This document shows, piece by piece, positions 40,435-49,138 of a stretch of DNA of 64,000 bases. Both the position numbers and the translations under genes were made by a program. The stretch's first letter is position 1; each line of letters begins with the position of its first letter. A model generated the notes under the pieces. That model searched no databases and was not told where the DNA came from. It saw only the letters and a list, made by a program, of their open reading frames with translations. Source of the DNA: a virus; the IMG/VR virus record IMGVR_UViG_3300020159_002019, positions 45,291-109,290 of that record; one strand, given 5' to 3'.

Positions 40435-40505
40435 TCCCCTTTCGTCTAACGGCAGGACAGATGGTTTTGAGCTATCGAATCGAGGTTCGAATCCTTGAGG
40501 GGGAA
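40435..40505 (+). tRNA. tRNA-Gln (TTG)
   Basis: gatgg-ttttgag-ctatc; U1:A72. Confidence 0.85.
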
Positions 40506-40557
40506 CCGGTTTGGGTTTTACACTTTTAAACTTACGAGATAAGGAAAAAGTGAAATT

Positions 40558-40628
40558 GGGATGATGCCGAGAGTGGTCAGACGGTCTGTAAAACCGAACT
40601 GCATAGTGTTTGAGTCACTTCCATCCCA
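40558..40628 (+). tRNA. tRNA-Tyr (GTA), atypical with short variable region
   Basis: cggt-ctgtaaa-accg; degenerate D and T arms. Confidence 0.65.
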
Positions 40629-40638
40629 CAAAATAAAC

Positions 40639-40712
40639 GTAAGTGTAGTGAACAATGGCTAACACGTTCGGTTCCAACCCGAAAGATGTGGGTTCGACCC
40701 CTACCACTTGCG
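40639..40712 (+). tRNA. tRNA-Trp (CCA)
   Basis: ttcgg-ttccaac-ccgaa; G73. Confidence 0.85.
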
Positions 40713-40719
40713 CAAATAA

Positions 40720-40814
40720 GGAGAGGTGCTAGAGATGGATTATTGGGCTAGTCTTGAAAACTAGAGATCGTCAGTGATGGGGATCCGTGGGTTCGAATCC
40801 CACTCTCTCCTCCA
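40720..40814 (+). tRNA. tRNA-Ser (TGA)
   Basis: ctagt-cttgaaa-actag; long variable arm; CCA. Confidence 0.9.
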
Positions 40815-40819
40815 AATAT

Positions 40820-40898
40820 GGGTTTGTTGGTGTTAATTGGATGAGCATTTACGATTGTGGCTCGTAAGGTGAGGGGTTCGAATCCCCCATAAACCCCA
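40820..40898 (+). tRNA. tRNA-His (GTG)
   Basis: tacga-ttgtggc-tcgta; G-1:C73. Confidence 0.85.
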
Positions 40899-40978
40899 AA
40901 AGTAAGGAATTAGGTTATTATACGTAGGCTCCGAGTGTAATAACTGAAATTTAGATCCTTATGAACTTCGGTCCGCAG

Positions 40979-41066
40979 GGAGAATTGACAGAGTGGTAAT
41001 GTATCGGTTTGCTAATCCGTAGTCTATGTAAAAGTAGCGGGGGCTCGAATCCCTCATTCTCCGCCA
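40979..41066 (+). tRNA. tRNA-Ser (GCT)
   Basis: ttgctaa loop; long variable arm; G73 then CCA. Confidence 0.8.
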
Positions 41067-41075
41067 AAAATAAAT

Positions 41076-41164
41076 GCTTCTGTGGCGAAATTGGTAGCAC
41101 GCGATGGACTTAAAATCCATTGGGAAATAACAGTACCGTGTCGGTTCGATTCCGACCAGAAGTA
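41076..41164 (+). tRNA. tRNA-Leu (TAA)
   Basis: atgga-cttaaaa-tccat; long variable arm. Confidence 0.9.
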
Positions 41165-41171
41165 CAAACAT

Positions 41172-41257
41172 ACCCCAATGTTGGAATGTAGACAACCTAG
41201 TTTTAGAAACTAGTGTGAAGTAATAGTAGCGTCTGGGTTCAAATCCCAGTTGGGGTA
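41172..41257 (+). tRNA. tRNA-Leu (TAG)
   Basis: ctagt-tttagaa-actag; long variable arm. Confidence 0.85.
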
Positions 41258-41263
41258 CAAAAT

Positions 41264-41351
41264 GGGAATGTGGTGTGAGTGGTTGAAACCGGGGGTCTGC
41301 AAAACCCCAAAAACGAAAGTTTTCACGTCAGTTCGAATCTGATCATTCCCT
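41264..41351 (+). tRNA. tRNA-Cys (GCA) with long variable arm
   Basis: ggggt-ctgcaaa-acccc; aaaac-gaaa-gtttt extra arm; U73. Confidence 0.8.
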
Positions 41352-41360
41352 CAATTACAT

Positions 41361-41433
41361 GACCCCATAGTTCAATGGATTAGAATACTTGAATACGGAT
41401 CAGGAGATGAGAGTTCAAATCTTTCTGGGGTTA
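41361..41433 (+). tRNA. tRNA-Arg (ACG)
   Basis: cttga-atacgga-tcagg. Confidence 0.8.
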
Positions 41434-41440
41434 CAAAAAG

Positions 41441-41466
41441 AAAACCATTTTTATATGGTTTTTTTT
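41441..41466 (+). terminator. Terminator ending tRNA operon 3
   Basis: aaaaccat/atggtttt plus T-tract. Confidence 0.6.
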
Positions 41467-41489
41467 ATGCCATTACATATTTATTACAT

Positions 41490-44162
41490 ATGATTATTAT
41501 TGAAGGAAAATTAGAAGATTTATCTAAGAAATATATACCGAAGTTTAATAGGGATTCATTTACTGAAGGTTTAACCCCTGAATCTGTTATTGAGCATTTA
41601 TATGTTTCAGATCCATCACCAACAAAGAAATACTTTGAGTGGATGATTAAAGAATGTTTGGGATTGATAGAACGTAATTATGTTATTAACAATGAAAAAA
41701 TAGCTAAACTTGTAACGGATATCCAAGAATTTGATAGAAATATTGATAAACTTAGTCAGGATTTTTTAGATTATAATAAAGAAGAAATTGGTGAAATTGC
41801 GTATAAGTTTTTAAATGGTAAGGCTTTAAAAGATATTGGTACATATAATTACGATATTTTAAGAAAAATAATACCTTCATTGGTAGAATATAAGACAGAA
41901 AGTCAAAGAAGAAGATTGGCTAAAGAAGGTGCTAAAATTATATTTCAAGATGAAAAATATGATGTTTATGAAATAGATACTTATGACGCTTCTTGTTTTT
42001 ATGGTCAAGGTTCTAAATGGTGTACAACTTATAAACAAAGTGATTCACATTTTAAATCATATGGTACTGGTAGGAATAAATTATTATATGTTATTAGTAA
42101 AACTAAGACAAAAGAAACTGATCCTCAATTTTATAAGATTGCTATAAATATAAGGTATGTTGATGAACAAATAACATTTTGGGATGCTCCTGATAATAGT
42201 TTTAATGGTTGGAAATATTTTAGGGAACAAGATCCAAATATTTTAACTTTTTTGATTTCTTATATTAAAGAAAAGAATCCTGAAGGATATCTTAAAATGA
42301 TACCTGAAAACTATTTAATAACGATTAAACAAGAAGAAGAAGGTTTAAGTGATTTAAATATTATTTCGGTTTTAGATGTTGATAAATCTAGTGATTGGTT
42401 AAGTCATAAATATGGGTTAAATGGTGTGGATACTATTATTAAAAAATTGGATATATTACAAGGTAATGTCAGTAATTTTTTAGGTGATTATTTTACCAGT
42501 GATGAAAAAGAGTATTTAATCATAAAAAGAAGTGAGAAATTAGAACCAAGAGGTTTGTCGTGGAAAGATTTAGTTAAAAGTTATCACCAATTAGCAATTA
42601 CTCTAGATAGCTATCAACCAAGTTGGTTTATTGATAATTTTTTAGGTGGGGATAAAAACAAAGCGTTAGAAATTGGGACAAAAGAACCGATAGTACTATA
42701 TTGGTTGGCTAGAGGTAGTGTTAATATAAAGGATTTGGGTGATTTATATGGAGCTGAAAAACTTGTTAAATATATTACTAAAAGTAAAGTTAAAGTTATT
42801 TTTGGGTTAAGTGATATATTGGGTGGTTTATTTACAAATGAAACTCCAAAGAAAAGAAAGGAGTTATATGAAATTGCTTATAAGTATGATGGCAAAAAAA
42901 GGAATATTGAATTAGTCGATTATTTGTCTAGACGTATGGGTAAAGAGGGATTCATTGCGTCATTTAATAAAGGTGATGGATATGGAATTGAACCTGATTC
43001 ATATGGAAGAGCATTTTTATATGTTAAAAATAATAACCCTGATTTAATAAGTAATGTATTTAACATTGAGGATATTAGTAAAATCTTCAAGTCAAACGAA
43101 AAAGCGTTTACTTATTTATTAAAAAATTATGATGAATTTACACGTAATTTAGATATTAGTGATTTAACTGAAATGTTTAGTGGTGATGTTCCTGATAGTA
43201 TATATGGTAAATATATGAGTGATTGGGAAAAGAGGAATGTTGCGTCAATATATAGAATGAAAAATGGTTCTGAAAAACTATTTGATTTTGTTCTTAAAAA
43301 GTTTTCTTTTAAAAAGTTAGCCGATATCATCGGATATGATGGAGTATTTCAATTATTTTCTATTGTTAAGTTTAAAAAAGGTATAAACTATATGATTGAA
43401 AATAAGGTTGGCGATATCGCTATTGATGATATAAAAATAAAAGATGGTAAGGTGGTATTGGTTGTTAATGATAGAACGGATTATGCGTTTTTATTTGATG
43501 ATGAAGATTTGGCTAAAACTATATTGGGTGAAGATATGGATTGGGAACCGTATAACGATACTATTTATAATTGGTATGATCAAGTATGGGATTGTATGGT
43601 ACCAAAATCAATTGAACTGGTTAAGTCTTGGATTAAAAGTAATATAACAGATTATGAGAATGATGAAGGTGAAAAAATTGATTTAGGTGATACATATTTA
43701 AATGAAATAGATGATGATGATTTGGGTAAAATAATAGATGAGTACGATGAATTTAGGGATTTAAAAAATGAGATGAGTTGGGCTTATGATAATGGTTATA
43801 ATTCTGTTGCTCAAAGTGATATTATTAGTAAAACACAAGATCAATTAGAAGAATATTTAGGTAGTTATATAGGGTATGAACCAGTTAAAAAGAATGGTCG
43901 TAGATATAATAAAGAAACAGGTAATTCTGAATCATACGAATATACAGCATATGAATACTTATATAATGTGGGTGATGGTTTATATGATATATTATATGAT
44001 TATGCAACTACTAATTGGGGTCATTCGGTTGATTACAACACATATTTTAGCACTTTATTAAAGGATTCTGACCCTAAAAAGTTATATATTGATACTGAGG
44101 CTTATCCAGACGATAAAGAAATTTGTGAGTATTTTAATGATGATTTACCGGAAAGAATATGA
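41490..44162 (+). CDS. Large hypothetical protein, YG-KWC family with acidic C-terminal domain
   Basis: DPSPTKKYFEW; ASCFYGQGSKWCTT. Confidence 0.6.
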   Translation: MIIIEGKLEDLSKKYIPKFNRDSFTEGLTPESVIEHLYVSDPSPTKKYFEWMIKECLGLIERNYVINNEKIAKLVTDIQEFDRNIDKLSQDFLDYNKEEIGEIAYKFLNGKALKDIGTYNYDILRKIIPSLVEYKTESQRRRLAKEGAKIIFQDEKYDVYEIDTYDASCFYGQGSKWCTTYKQSDSHFKSYGTGRNKLLYVISKTKTKETDPQFYKIAINIRYVDEQITFWDAPDNSFNGWKYFREQDPNILTFLISYIKEKNPEGYLKMIPENYLITIKQEEEGLSDLNIISVLDVDKSSDWLSHKYGLNGVDTIIKKLDILQGNVSNFLGDYFTSDEKEYLIIKRSEKLEPRGLSWKDLVKSYHQLAITLDSYQPSWFIDNFLGGDKNKALEIGTKEPIVLYWLARGSVNIKDLGDLYGAEKLVKYITKSKVKVIFGLSDILGGLFTNETPKKRKELYEIAYKYDGKKRNIELVDYLSRRMGKEGFIASFNKGDGYGIEPDSYGRAFLYVKNNNPDLISNVFNIEDISKIFKSNEKAFTYLLKNYDEFTRNLDISDLTEMFSGDVPDSIYGKYMSDWEKRNVASIYRMKNGSEKLFDFVLKKFSFKKLADIIGYDGVFQLFSIVKFKKGINYMIENKVGDIAIDDIKIKDGKVVLVVNDRTDYAFLFDDEDLAKTILGEDMDWEPYNDTIYNWYDQVWDCMVPKSIELVKSWIKSNITDYENDEGEKIDLGDTYLNEIDDDDLGKIIDEYDEFRDLKNEMSWAYDNGYNSVAQSDIISKTQDQLEEYLGSYIGYEPVKKNGRRYNKETGNSESYEYTAYEYLYNVGDGLYDILYDYATTNWGHSVDYNTYFSTLLKDSDPKKLYIDTEAYPDDKEICEYFNDDLPERI

Positions 44163-44944
44163 AAGAACTAATAAGAAAAATATTAAGGGAAGAGGTTGGG
44201 ATGAAATCCACCGATAAAGAATTTGATGAGATTAAGGATTCTTGGTTTTATAGATTAAGAAATTATACATTGGGAGATATTGTAGATAATTGGGATTCGT
44301 TAAAAAATAACGAAAATGATAACATACAAACAATAAAATATTTTGTTGAAAATCCTGATAAGATAACTGACTTAATTTATGATGAAAAAGGTTTGGAAGA
44401 TGGATATCACAGATTGACCGCTGCTAAAATATTGGGGATACCAAAATTTAAATATATAAAGGGAGAAACCATAACTGAAAGTCGTGTTAAGAAGAGTGAT
44501 AGGATTGATATTTATAGGGATGAGAACATAGTGGTTGTCGCCCCTTTAACCCACGAAGCATTACAAAAATACGCGAGTGAATGTGCTTGGTGTATAAATC
44601 GCGATAAATACGAATGGACACATTACCATCAAGGTAAGATTGCTGTTATAATACAAAGAAAACCTAAAAAAAATAAAATAGGTAAAACAGAACAAGAAAC
44701 TTCGGAGGAGATTTATGACTTTACCCATAATGGGACGAGAAATCAAGAAGAAGATCATTATTTTGATGACCTAATTAGTAGTATGAGTAATTTTGATACC
44801 AACATTGTTTATTATAACCCCAGTGAAAGTATTATCTATGATAAAGGTGATAATTGTATGAGTGATTTTGGTTATTCTATCTATGATATTCCATATATAA
44901 CTGAAGAAATTATAAAGAAAATAAAATCAACTTTAATGAATTAG
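44159..44944 (+). CDS. ParB/Srx-like domain fused to a YG-KWC family domain
   Basis: EDGYHRLTAAKILG; ALQKYASECAWCIN. Confidence 0.55.
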   Translation: MKELIRKILREEVGMKSTDKEFDEIKDSWFYRLRNYTLGDIVDNWDSLKNNENDNIQTIKYFVENPDKITDLIYDEKGLEDGYHRLTAAKILGIPKFKYIKGETITESRVKKSDRIDIYRDENIVVVAPLTHEALQKYASECAWCINRDKYEWTHYHQGKIAVIIQRKPKKNKIGKTEQETSEEIYDFTHNGTRNQEEDHYFDDLISSMSNFDTNIVYYNPSESIIYDKGDNCMSDFGYSIYDIPYITEEIIKKIKSTLMN

Positions 44945-45468
44945 AAGCCACGAAATTCCGTAATATCCACAGGAACACATAAGATTTTATTATAAAAAGT
45001 TTTATACCCACCACGAGTTTTTTCGGTTTCAGCTTCAATCCTATTAGGATCTACAACTTTATAATATTTAACATTTGTTTCACTATCCGCATACCCAACA
45101 AAATCACCCAATTCTATATCACATTTCTTTTCTTCCAATTGTTTTTTATAAACATAAAATGTAAGATTGCCATAATCCTCATAGAATAATGTACCATTAG
45201 GGTTATATGATTTTGGAGCATTATCCTCAATACTTACCAATACTTTCAGTTCAATTGGGGGTTTAAATCTTATTTCATCTTGAAGAGTTTCTCCGTAAAT
45301 ATCGTCATAATTTGTTTTTTGTCTGTCTATTTGATATAAGACAACTGTAAAGTTATTATCATCTTCTAGGTATTCGCGGCCCATTTCTATGTCAAGCGAA
45401 AAATCTACATCGTCATACCATTTTGATAATCTGGTAATAGGTATTTTTTTGTTATTTAATGGATTCAT
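44941..45468 (-). CDS. Putative neck/head-closure protein (gp14-like)
   Basis: DDIYGE...FKPPIEL...GNLTFYVY...IELGDF pattern; TATTTAT upstream. Confidence 0.5.
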   Translation of the reverse strand: MNPLNNKKIPITRLSKWYDDVDFSLDIEMGREYLEDDNNFTVVLYQIDRQKTNYDDIYGETLQDEIRFKPPIELKVLVSIEDNAPKSYNPNGTLFYEDYGNLTFYVYKKQLEEKKCDIELGDFVGYADSETNVKYYKVVDPNRIEAETEKTRGGYKTFYNKILCVPVDITEFRGF

Positions 45469-45528
45469 TTCTAATAAATATTTGTTTTTAATATTTTATT
45501 GTTTATAGTTATGATAATTAAAAAAATT

Positions 45529-46005
45529 ATGAAATTTGAGATACCTAAAAAAATGTCTATGGTGGATGCCAAGAACATTAAAGATATTAAATTATACATT
45601 AGTGATTATATAAATACTAATGGTAGTGTGAAATTATTCATTGGTTGTGATTCAAAACAATCTGGGGATTTTACTACTTATGCGGTATCTGCTGTTCTAT
45701 ATAAAAAAGGATTGGGTGGGCATGTTGTGTATTCCATTGATAAAGTTCCAAGAATTAGGGATATGTTTACTAAATTATGGGGTGAAGTAGAAAGAACAAA
45801 AGAGTTTTTAGAATACTTAGGTGAAGATATGAAACCTTTTGTTGAGGAAGTTCATTTAGATTTTAATCCATCACCCACACATAAATCAAATATGGTGCAT
45901 GATGCGGGTATTGGATTAATTAGTTCTATGGGTTATAAAGCAATTGCTAAATACGGTAGTTGGTGTGCCACACACGCGAGTGATAAAATATTAAAAAATG
46001 AGTAA
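45529..46005 (+). CDS. RNase H-like YkuK/DUF458 family protein
   Basis: LFIGCDS, KLWGEV, EVHLDFN, ATHASD. Confidence 0.8.
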   Translation: MKFEIPKKMSMVDAKNIKDIKLYISDYINTNGSVKLFIGCDSKQSGDFTTYAVSAVLYKKGLGGHVVYSIDKVPRIRDMFTKLWGEVERTKEFLEYLGEDMKPFVEEVHLDFNPSPTHKSNMVHDAGIGLISSMGYKAIAKYGSWCATHASDKILKNE

Positions 46006-46013
46006 TAGATAAA

Positions 46014-46619
46014 ATGGAAAATAAAGATTGGGTAGGGAATAAGAATAGTATTTTTAAAACATTAGGTGCGAGTAATCATACGGATAAAGAGCGTGAAAAT
46101 GATGATTTTTATGCTACAGATCCTGATGCTGGTAAAATGTTATTAGATTTAGTTGAGTTAAATAAGAATATTTGGGAATGTGCTTGTGGTCAAGGACATC
46201 TAAGTGAAATATTTAAAAATGCTGAACATAATGTTAAATCAACAGATTTAGTTGATAGGGGTTATGGTGAAACAGGTATTGATTTTTTATCACAAACTGA
46301 ATTATTTGATGGTGATATCGTAACAAATCCACCATATAAATACGCTAAGGAGTTTGTTGAGAAAGGATTGGAATTAGTGAATGATGGTAATAAAGTTATT
46401 ATGTTTCTTAAATTACAATTTATGGAAGGTAAAGCCAGAAAAAAGTTATTTACTAAACACCCACCAAAAACAATTTACGTATCTTCAAGTAGAATAACCT
46501 GTGCTAAAAATGCTGATTTTGAAATGATGAAAGCGGGTGGTGGTTCTGCCGTAGCCTATGCTTGGTATGTATGGGAAAAGGGTTTTAATGGGGAAACTAT
46601 CGTAAAATGGTTTAACTAA
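46014..46619 (+). CDS. DNA N6-adenine methyltransferase (phage type)
   Basis: DFYATDP, WECACGQG, IVTNPPY. Confidence 0.85.
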   Translation: MENKDWVGNKNSIFKTLGASNHTDKERENDDFYATDPDAGKMLLDLVELNKNIWECACGQGHLSEIFKNAEHNVKSTDLVDRGYGETGIDFLSQTELFDGDIVTNPPYKYAKEFVEKGLELVNDGNKVIMFLKLQFMEGKARKKLFTKHPPKTIYVSSSRITCAKNADFEMMKAGGGSAVAYAWYVWEKGFNGETIVKWFN

Positions 46620-46657
46620 TATTTGTTTATTTAAGTTTTAATTCATACATTTGTAAA

Positions 46658-47149
46658 ATGGTTAAAGTATTAGCGAGATTTTTATTTTGGGGTATGTTGA
46701 AGAAACAAGGGATTACCGATTCTAATGTTGAGAATCAGGATAATACCTATTTCATATCAATTAATTCAACTGAAGGGAATGATATGGAGCCTTATTTTAA
46801 GGAAAAACATTCAAATGTATTGACATTATATTTTGATGATTGTAATGAATATAAAAAACATCCCATTATTGGTTGTTCTGGTGAGTTCTACGAGCAAATA
46901 CCTATGAGTGAAGAACAAGCGTTAGAGGTGGTTAATTTCGTTGAAAAAATGAATGAAAACTCTAAAGTGTATGTTCATTGTACTGCTGGCGTATCAAGAA
47001 GTGGTGCTGTTGGTGCATTTATAAATGATTATTTTGGTATGAGTTGGGATAAGTTTAAGTTTGATAACCCACAAGTGATTCCAAATTCACATATATCATC
47101 ATTGTTAAAGAAGGTGTATTATGGGAAATATCCTGACATATATAAATAA
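46658..47149 (+). CDS. Dual-specificity/tyrosine phosphatase-like protein
   Basis: VHCTAGVSRSGA (CX5R); Bacteroidota promoter immediately upstream. Confidence 0.85.
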   Translation: MVKVLARFLFWGMLKKQGITDSNVENQDNTYFISINSTEGNDMEPYFKEKHSNVLTLYFDDCNEYKKHPIIGCSGEFYEQIPMSEEQALEVVNFVEKMNENSKVYVHCTAGVSRSGAVGAFINDYFGMSWDKFKFDNPQVIPNSHISSLLKKVYYGKYPDIYK

Positions 47150-47178
47150 AAAAAGGGGTTTATTTAACCCCTTTTTTT
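47149..47178. terminator. Bidirectional terminator
   Basis: aaaaaaggggtt/aacccctttttt. Confidence 0.75.
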
Positions 47179-48062
47179 ATGATTAAAATTTCGTGTGATT
47201 CTTTAACTATTTTACCTTCATTTAATTCTAATCTATTTTTACCAATTCTTTTTTCACCATTAGACATAGAATAATTCCATTCAGGAAAATAGAAATCGAA
47301 ATCTTTATAATATTCTCTTATGGTTTCACAATTATTATATGAAAGAACAAAATCTCCTTTATGTTCTAATAACATATCTCTTAGAAGTTGGTGGTTGAAA
47401 CCTGAATGATGAACATCTATATTTTTCATCGGATACATACCTTTATGCATTTTATTATCACTATCTTTATCCAAGTAGTAAGGTGGGTCTAAATAAAGAA
47501 AATTTTCTTTATGTTTATCTAAAGTCACATCAAAAGTTTGATTATAAACAGATAAGTTTGGACAACTAAATAATCTTACATTGTTTATCATATCACCCCA
47601 TTTTTTATCCGTTAAATAAACACTACTACCCCAACCAAGATAACCGGGCCCATATGAACAATTATGGTTGAAATAATAATAAGCTGCTAATGTAATATCA
47701 TCTAAAGTAATAACATCATTTCTTTTATAGTAGTCGGTATTCCAATTTTTAAGCAATTCTTGTGTTTTATCACATTTAATGAGAATATCTTTTATTCTAC
47801 TATATTCTTCATTGGTTGGATTTATTTCACTCATTTTTTGAGATAATTCATTTGGTTTAGATAATAAAACATTCCAAAAGTTAGTCAGAACATCAAATAC
47901 ATCATAACCAATAACTGTCTTATTTAAATTACCAGCCCAATGAACTTCTAATGAACCACCACCAATAAAGGGAGAAATAATTTTATCGTAATCAACTATG
48001 AATGGTGTAATATGTTTAATTGCCTTTGATTTACCGCCAGCGTATCTAATAATTGTTTTCAT
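47160..48062 (-). CDS. Dam-like (D12 class) DNA adenine methyltransferase
   Basis: RYAGGKS, SPFIGGGS, YLDPPY, LSYN. Confidence 0.9.
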   Translation of the reverse strand: MKTIIRYAGGKSKAIKHITPFIVDYDKIISPFIGGGSLEVHWAGNLNKTVIGYDVFDVLTNFWNVLLSKPNELSQKMSEINPTNEEYSRIKDILIKCDKTQELLKNWNTDYYKRNDVITLDDITLAAYYYFNHNCSYGPGYLGWGSSVYLTDKKWGDMINNVRLFSCPNLSVYNQTFDVTLDKHKENFLYLDPPYYLDKDSDNKMHKGMYPMKNIDVHHSGFNHQLLRDMLLEHKGDFVLSYNNCETIREYYKDFDFYFPEWNYSMSNGEKRIGKNRLELNEGKIVKESHEILIIKKGVK

Positions 48063-48145
48063 AATAAAAATATATGGTTTGATGATATAAAAACATAGAT
48101 ATAGGTAATATTTATTTTTAGTAATCTTATACTTATATATGGTGT

Positions 48146-48202
48146 ATGAGTAAAATTAAAATGTTGGTTACAACGATAGATGGCGCTGGTGTGGGTGCTT
48201 AA
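48146..48202 (+). pseudogene. Stranded N-terminal fragment of glycosyltransferase (MSKIKMLVTTIDGAGVGA*)
   Basis: Same peptide as 49234-49326 with different codons; stops at the insertion junction. Confidence 0.7.
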
Positions 48203-48965
48203 TATTTTTTATTTCATTTAATATAAAATCAATACCTTTTTCTTTGTAATCATACTCCCAAATCGTAATAACGGTAAATCCTTTACTCTCACCTAATATG
48301 GTTTTTTGTTTATCATATTCCCATAATTCTTTTGCCGTCATACCCTTTTTTTTGTTCATATAATCACTATTATATAATTTAGGGTTACAATGCCAGTAAT
48401 CACCATTGAACTCAATTAGAATGTTTTTATTGGGTATATGGAAATCAAATAATTTACCTTCAATGTTGAAGTTTAATTTTATATCGTTATAATTTTTTTT
48501 AAGTAGAGATAGTATTTCATTTTGTGTTTTTGATGTTGGCGAGTATTTTAATTTACCTAATTTATGTCTATTAGACATAACTTTCTTCATTTTTTCTCTG
48601 GTTTTTTCTAAATTACCACTATCCCAAGACTTTTTAAGACCTTCAGAAACTTTTTTTCTATTTTCAGGTTTATTCATAGCGTTAGCGTCACCACAACCCT
48701 TATTTTTTCTTGATTTTGATATTTTTTTTATTGACTCTTCATTGTGTTTTTTACCCGCAAATGGATTACCTGAACCTGTTTGTGATATTACTGTACATTT
48801 ATGACATTTTTTATTTTTCTTAGTAAAGGTTTTTATGTTTCGTATTAAATAATATTTGGCGTTTTTTTGATTACCATCTGTTGAATGTGTTATTTTATCA
48901 CCACAAATAGGGCAATTTCTATTAGCGTAATACCTACCATTTTCATATTTTATATCTATATCCAT
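48168..48965 (-). CDS. Putative homing endonuclease (Zn finger + NUMOD3 + Vsr/DUF559-like nuclease)
   Basis: CPIC/CHKC; GNPFAGKKHNEESIKKIS; FDFHIP..NILIEFNGDYWH; ITIWE. Confidence 0.8.
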   Translation of the reverse strand: MDIDIKYENGRYYANRNCPICGDKITHSTDGNQKNAKYYLIRNIKTFTKKNKKCHKCTVISQTGSGNPFAGKKHNEESIKKISKSRKNKGCGDANAMNKPENRKKVSEGLKKSWDSGNLEKTREKMKKVMSNRHKLGKLKYSPTSKTQNEILSLLKKNYNDIKLNFNIEGKLFDFHIPNKNILIEFNGDYWHCNPKLYNSDYMNKKKGMTAKELWEYDKQKTILGESKGFTVITIWEYDYKEKGIDFILNEIKNIKHPHQRHLSL

Positions 48966-49138
48966 TATATAATAAAATCTTCATTTATTTTATTGTTTTT
49001 TAATAAATCTCTATAAACTAAATGCTCAATATACTTAGATTTATTTTTATGTGATTCACCCATAATCTTATCTAATTCAGGATTTAAGGTTATACTTACT
49101 TTAACTTTCTTTTTTCCTTCTTCTATTTTATTTCTCAT
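48965..49138 (-). CDS. Ribbon-helix-helix-like small DNA-binding protein
   Basis: KVKVSITLNPEL...NKSKYIEHLV. Confidence 0.65.
   Translation of the reverse strand: MRNKIEEGKKKVKVSITLNPELDKIMGESHKNKSKYIEHLVYRDLLKNNKINEDFII

Noticed and set aside
35618-41195. Minus-strand ORFs 35618-35893, 36395-36592 and 40959-41195
   Set aside because: Antisense to tRNA genes or YqeY; typical tRNA-antisense translations.
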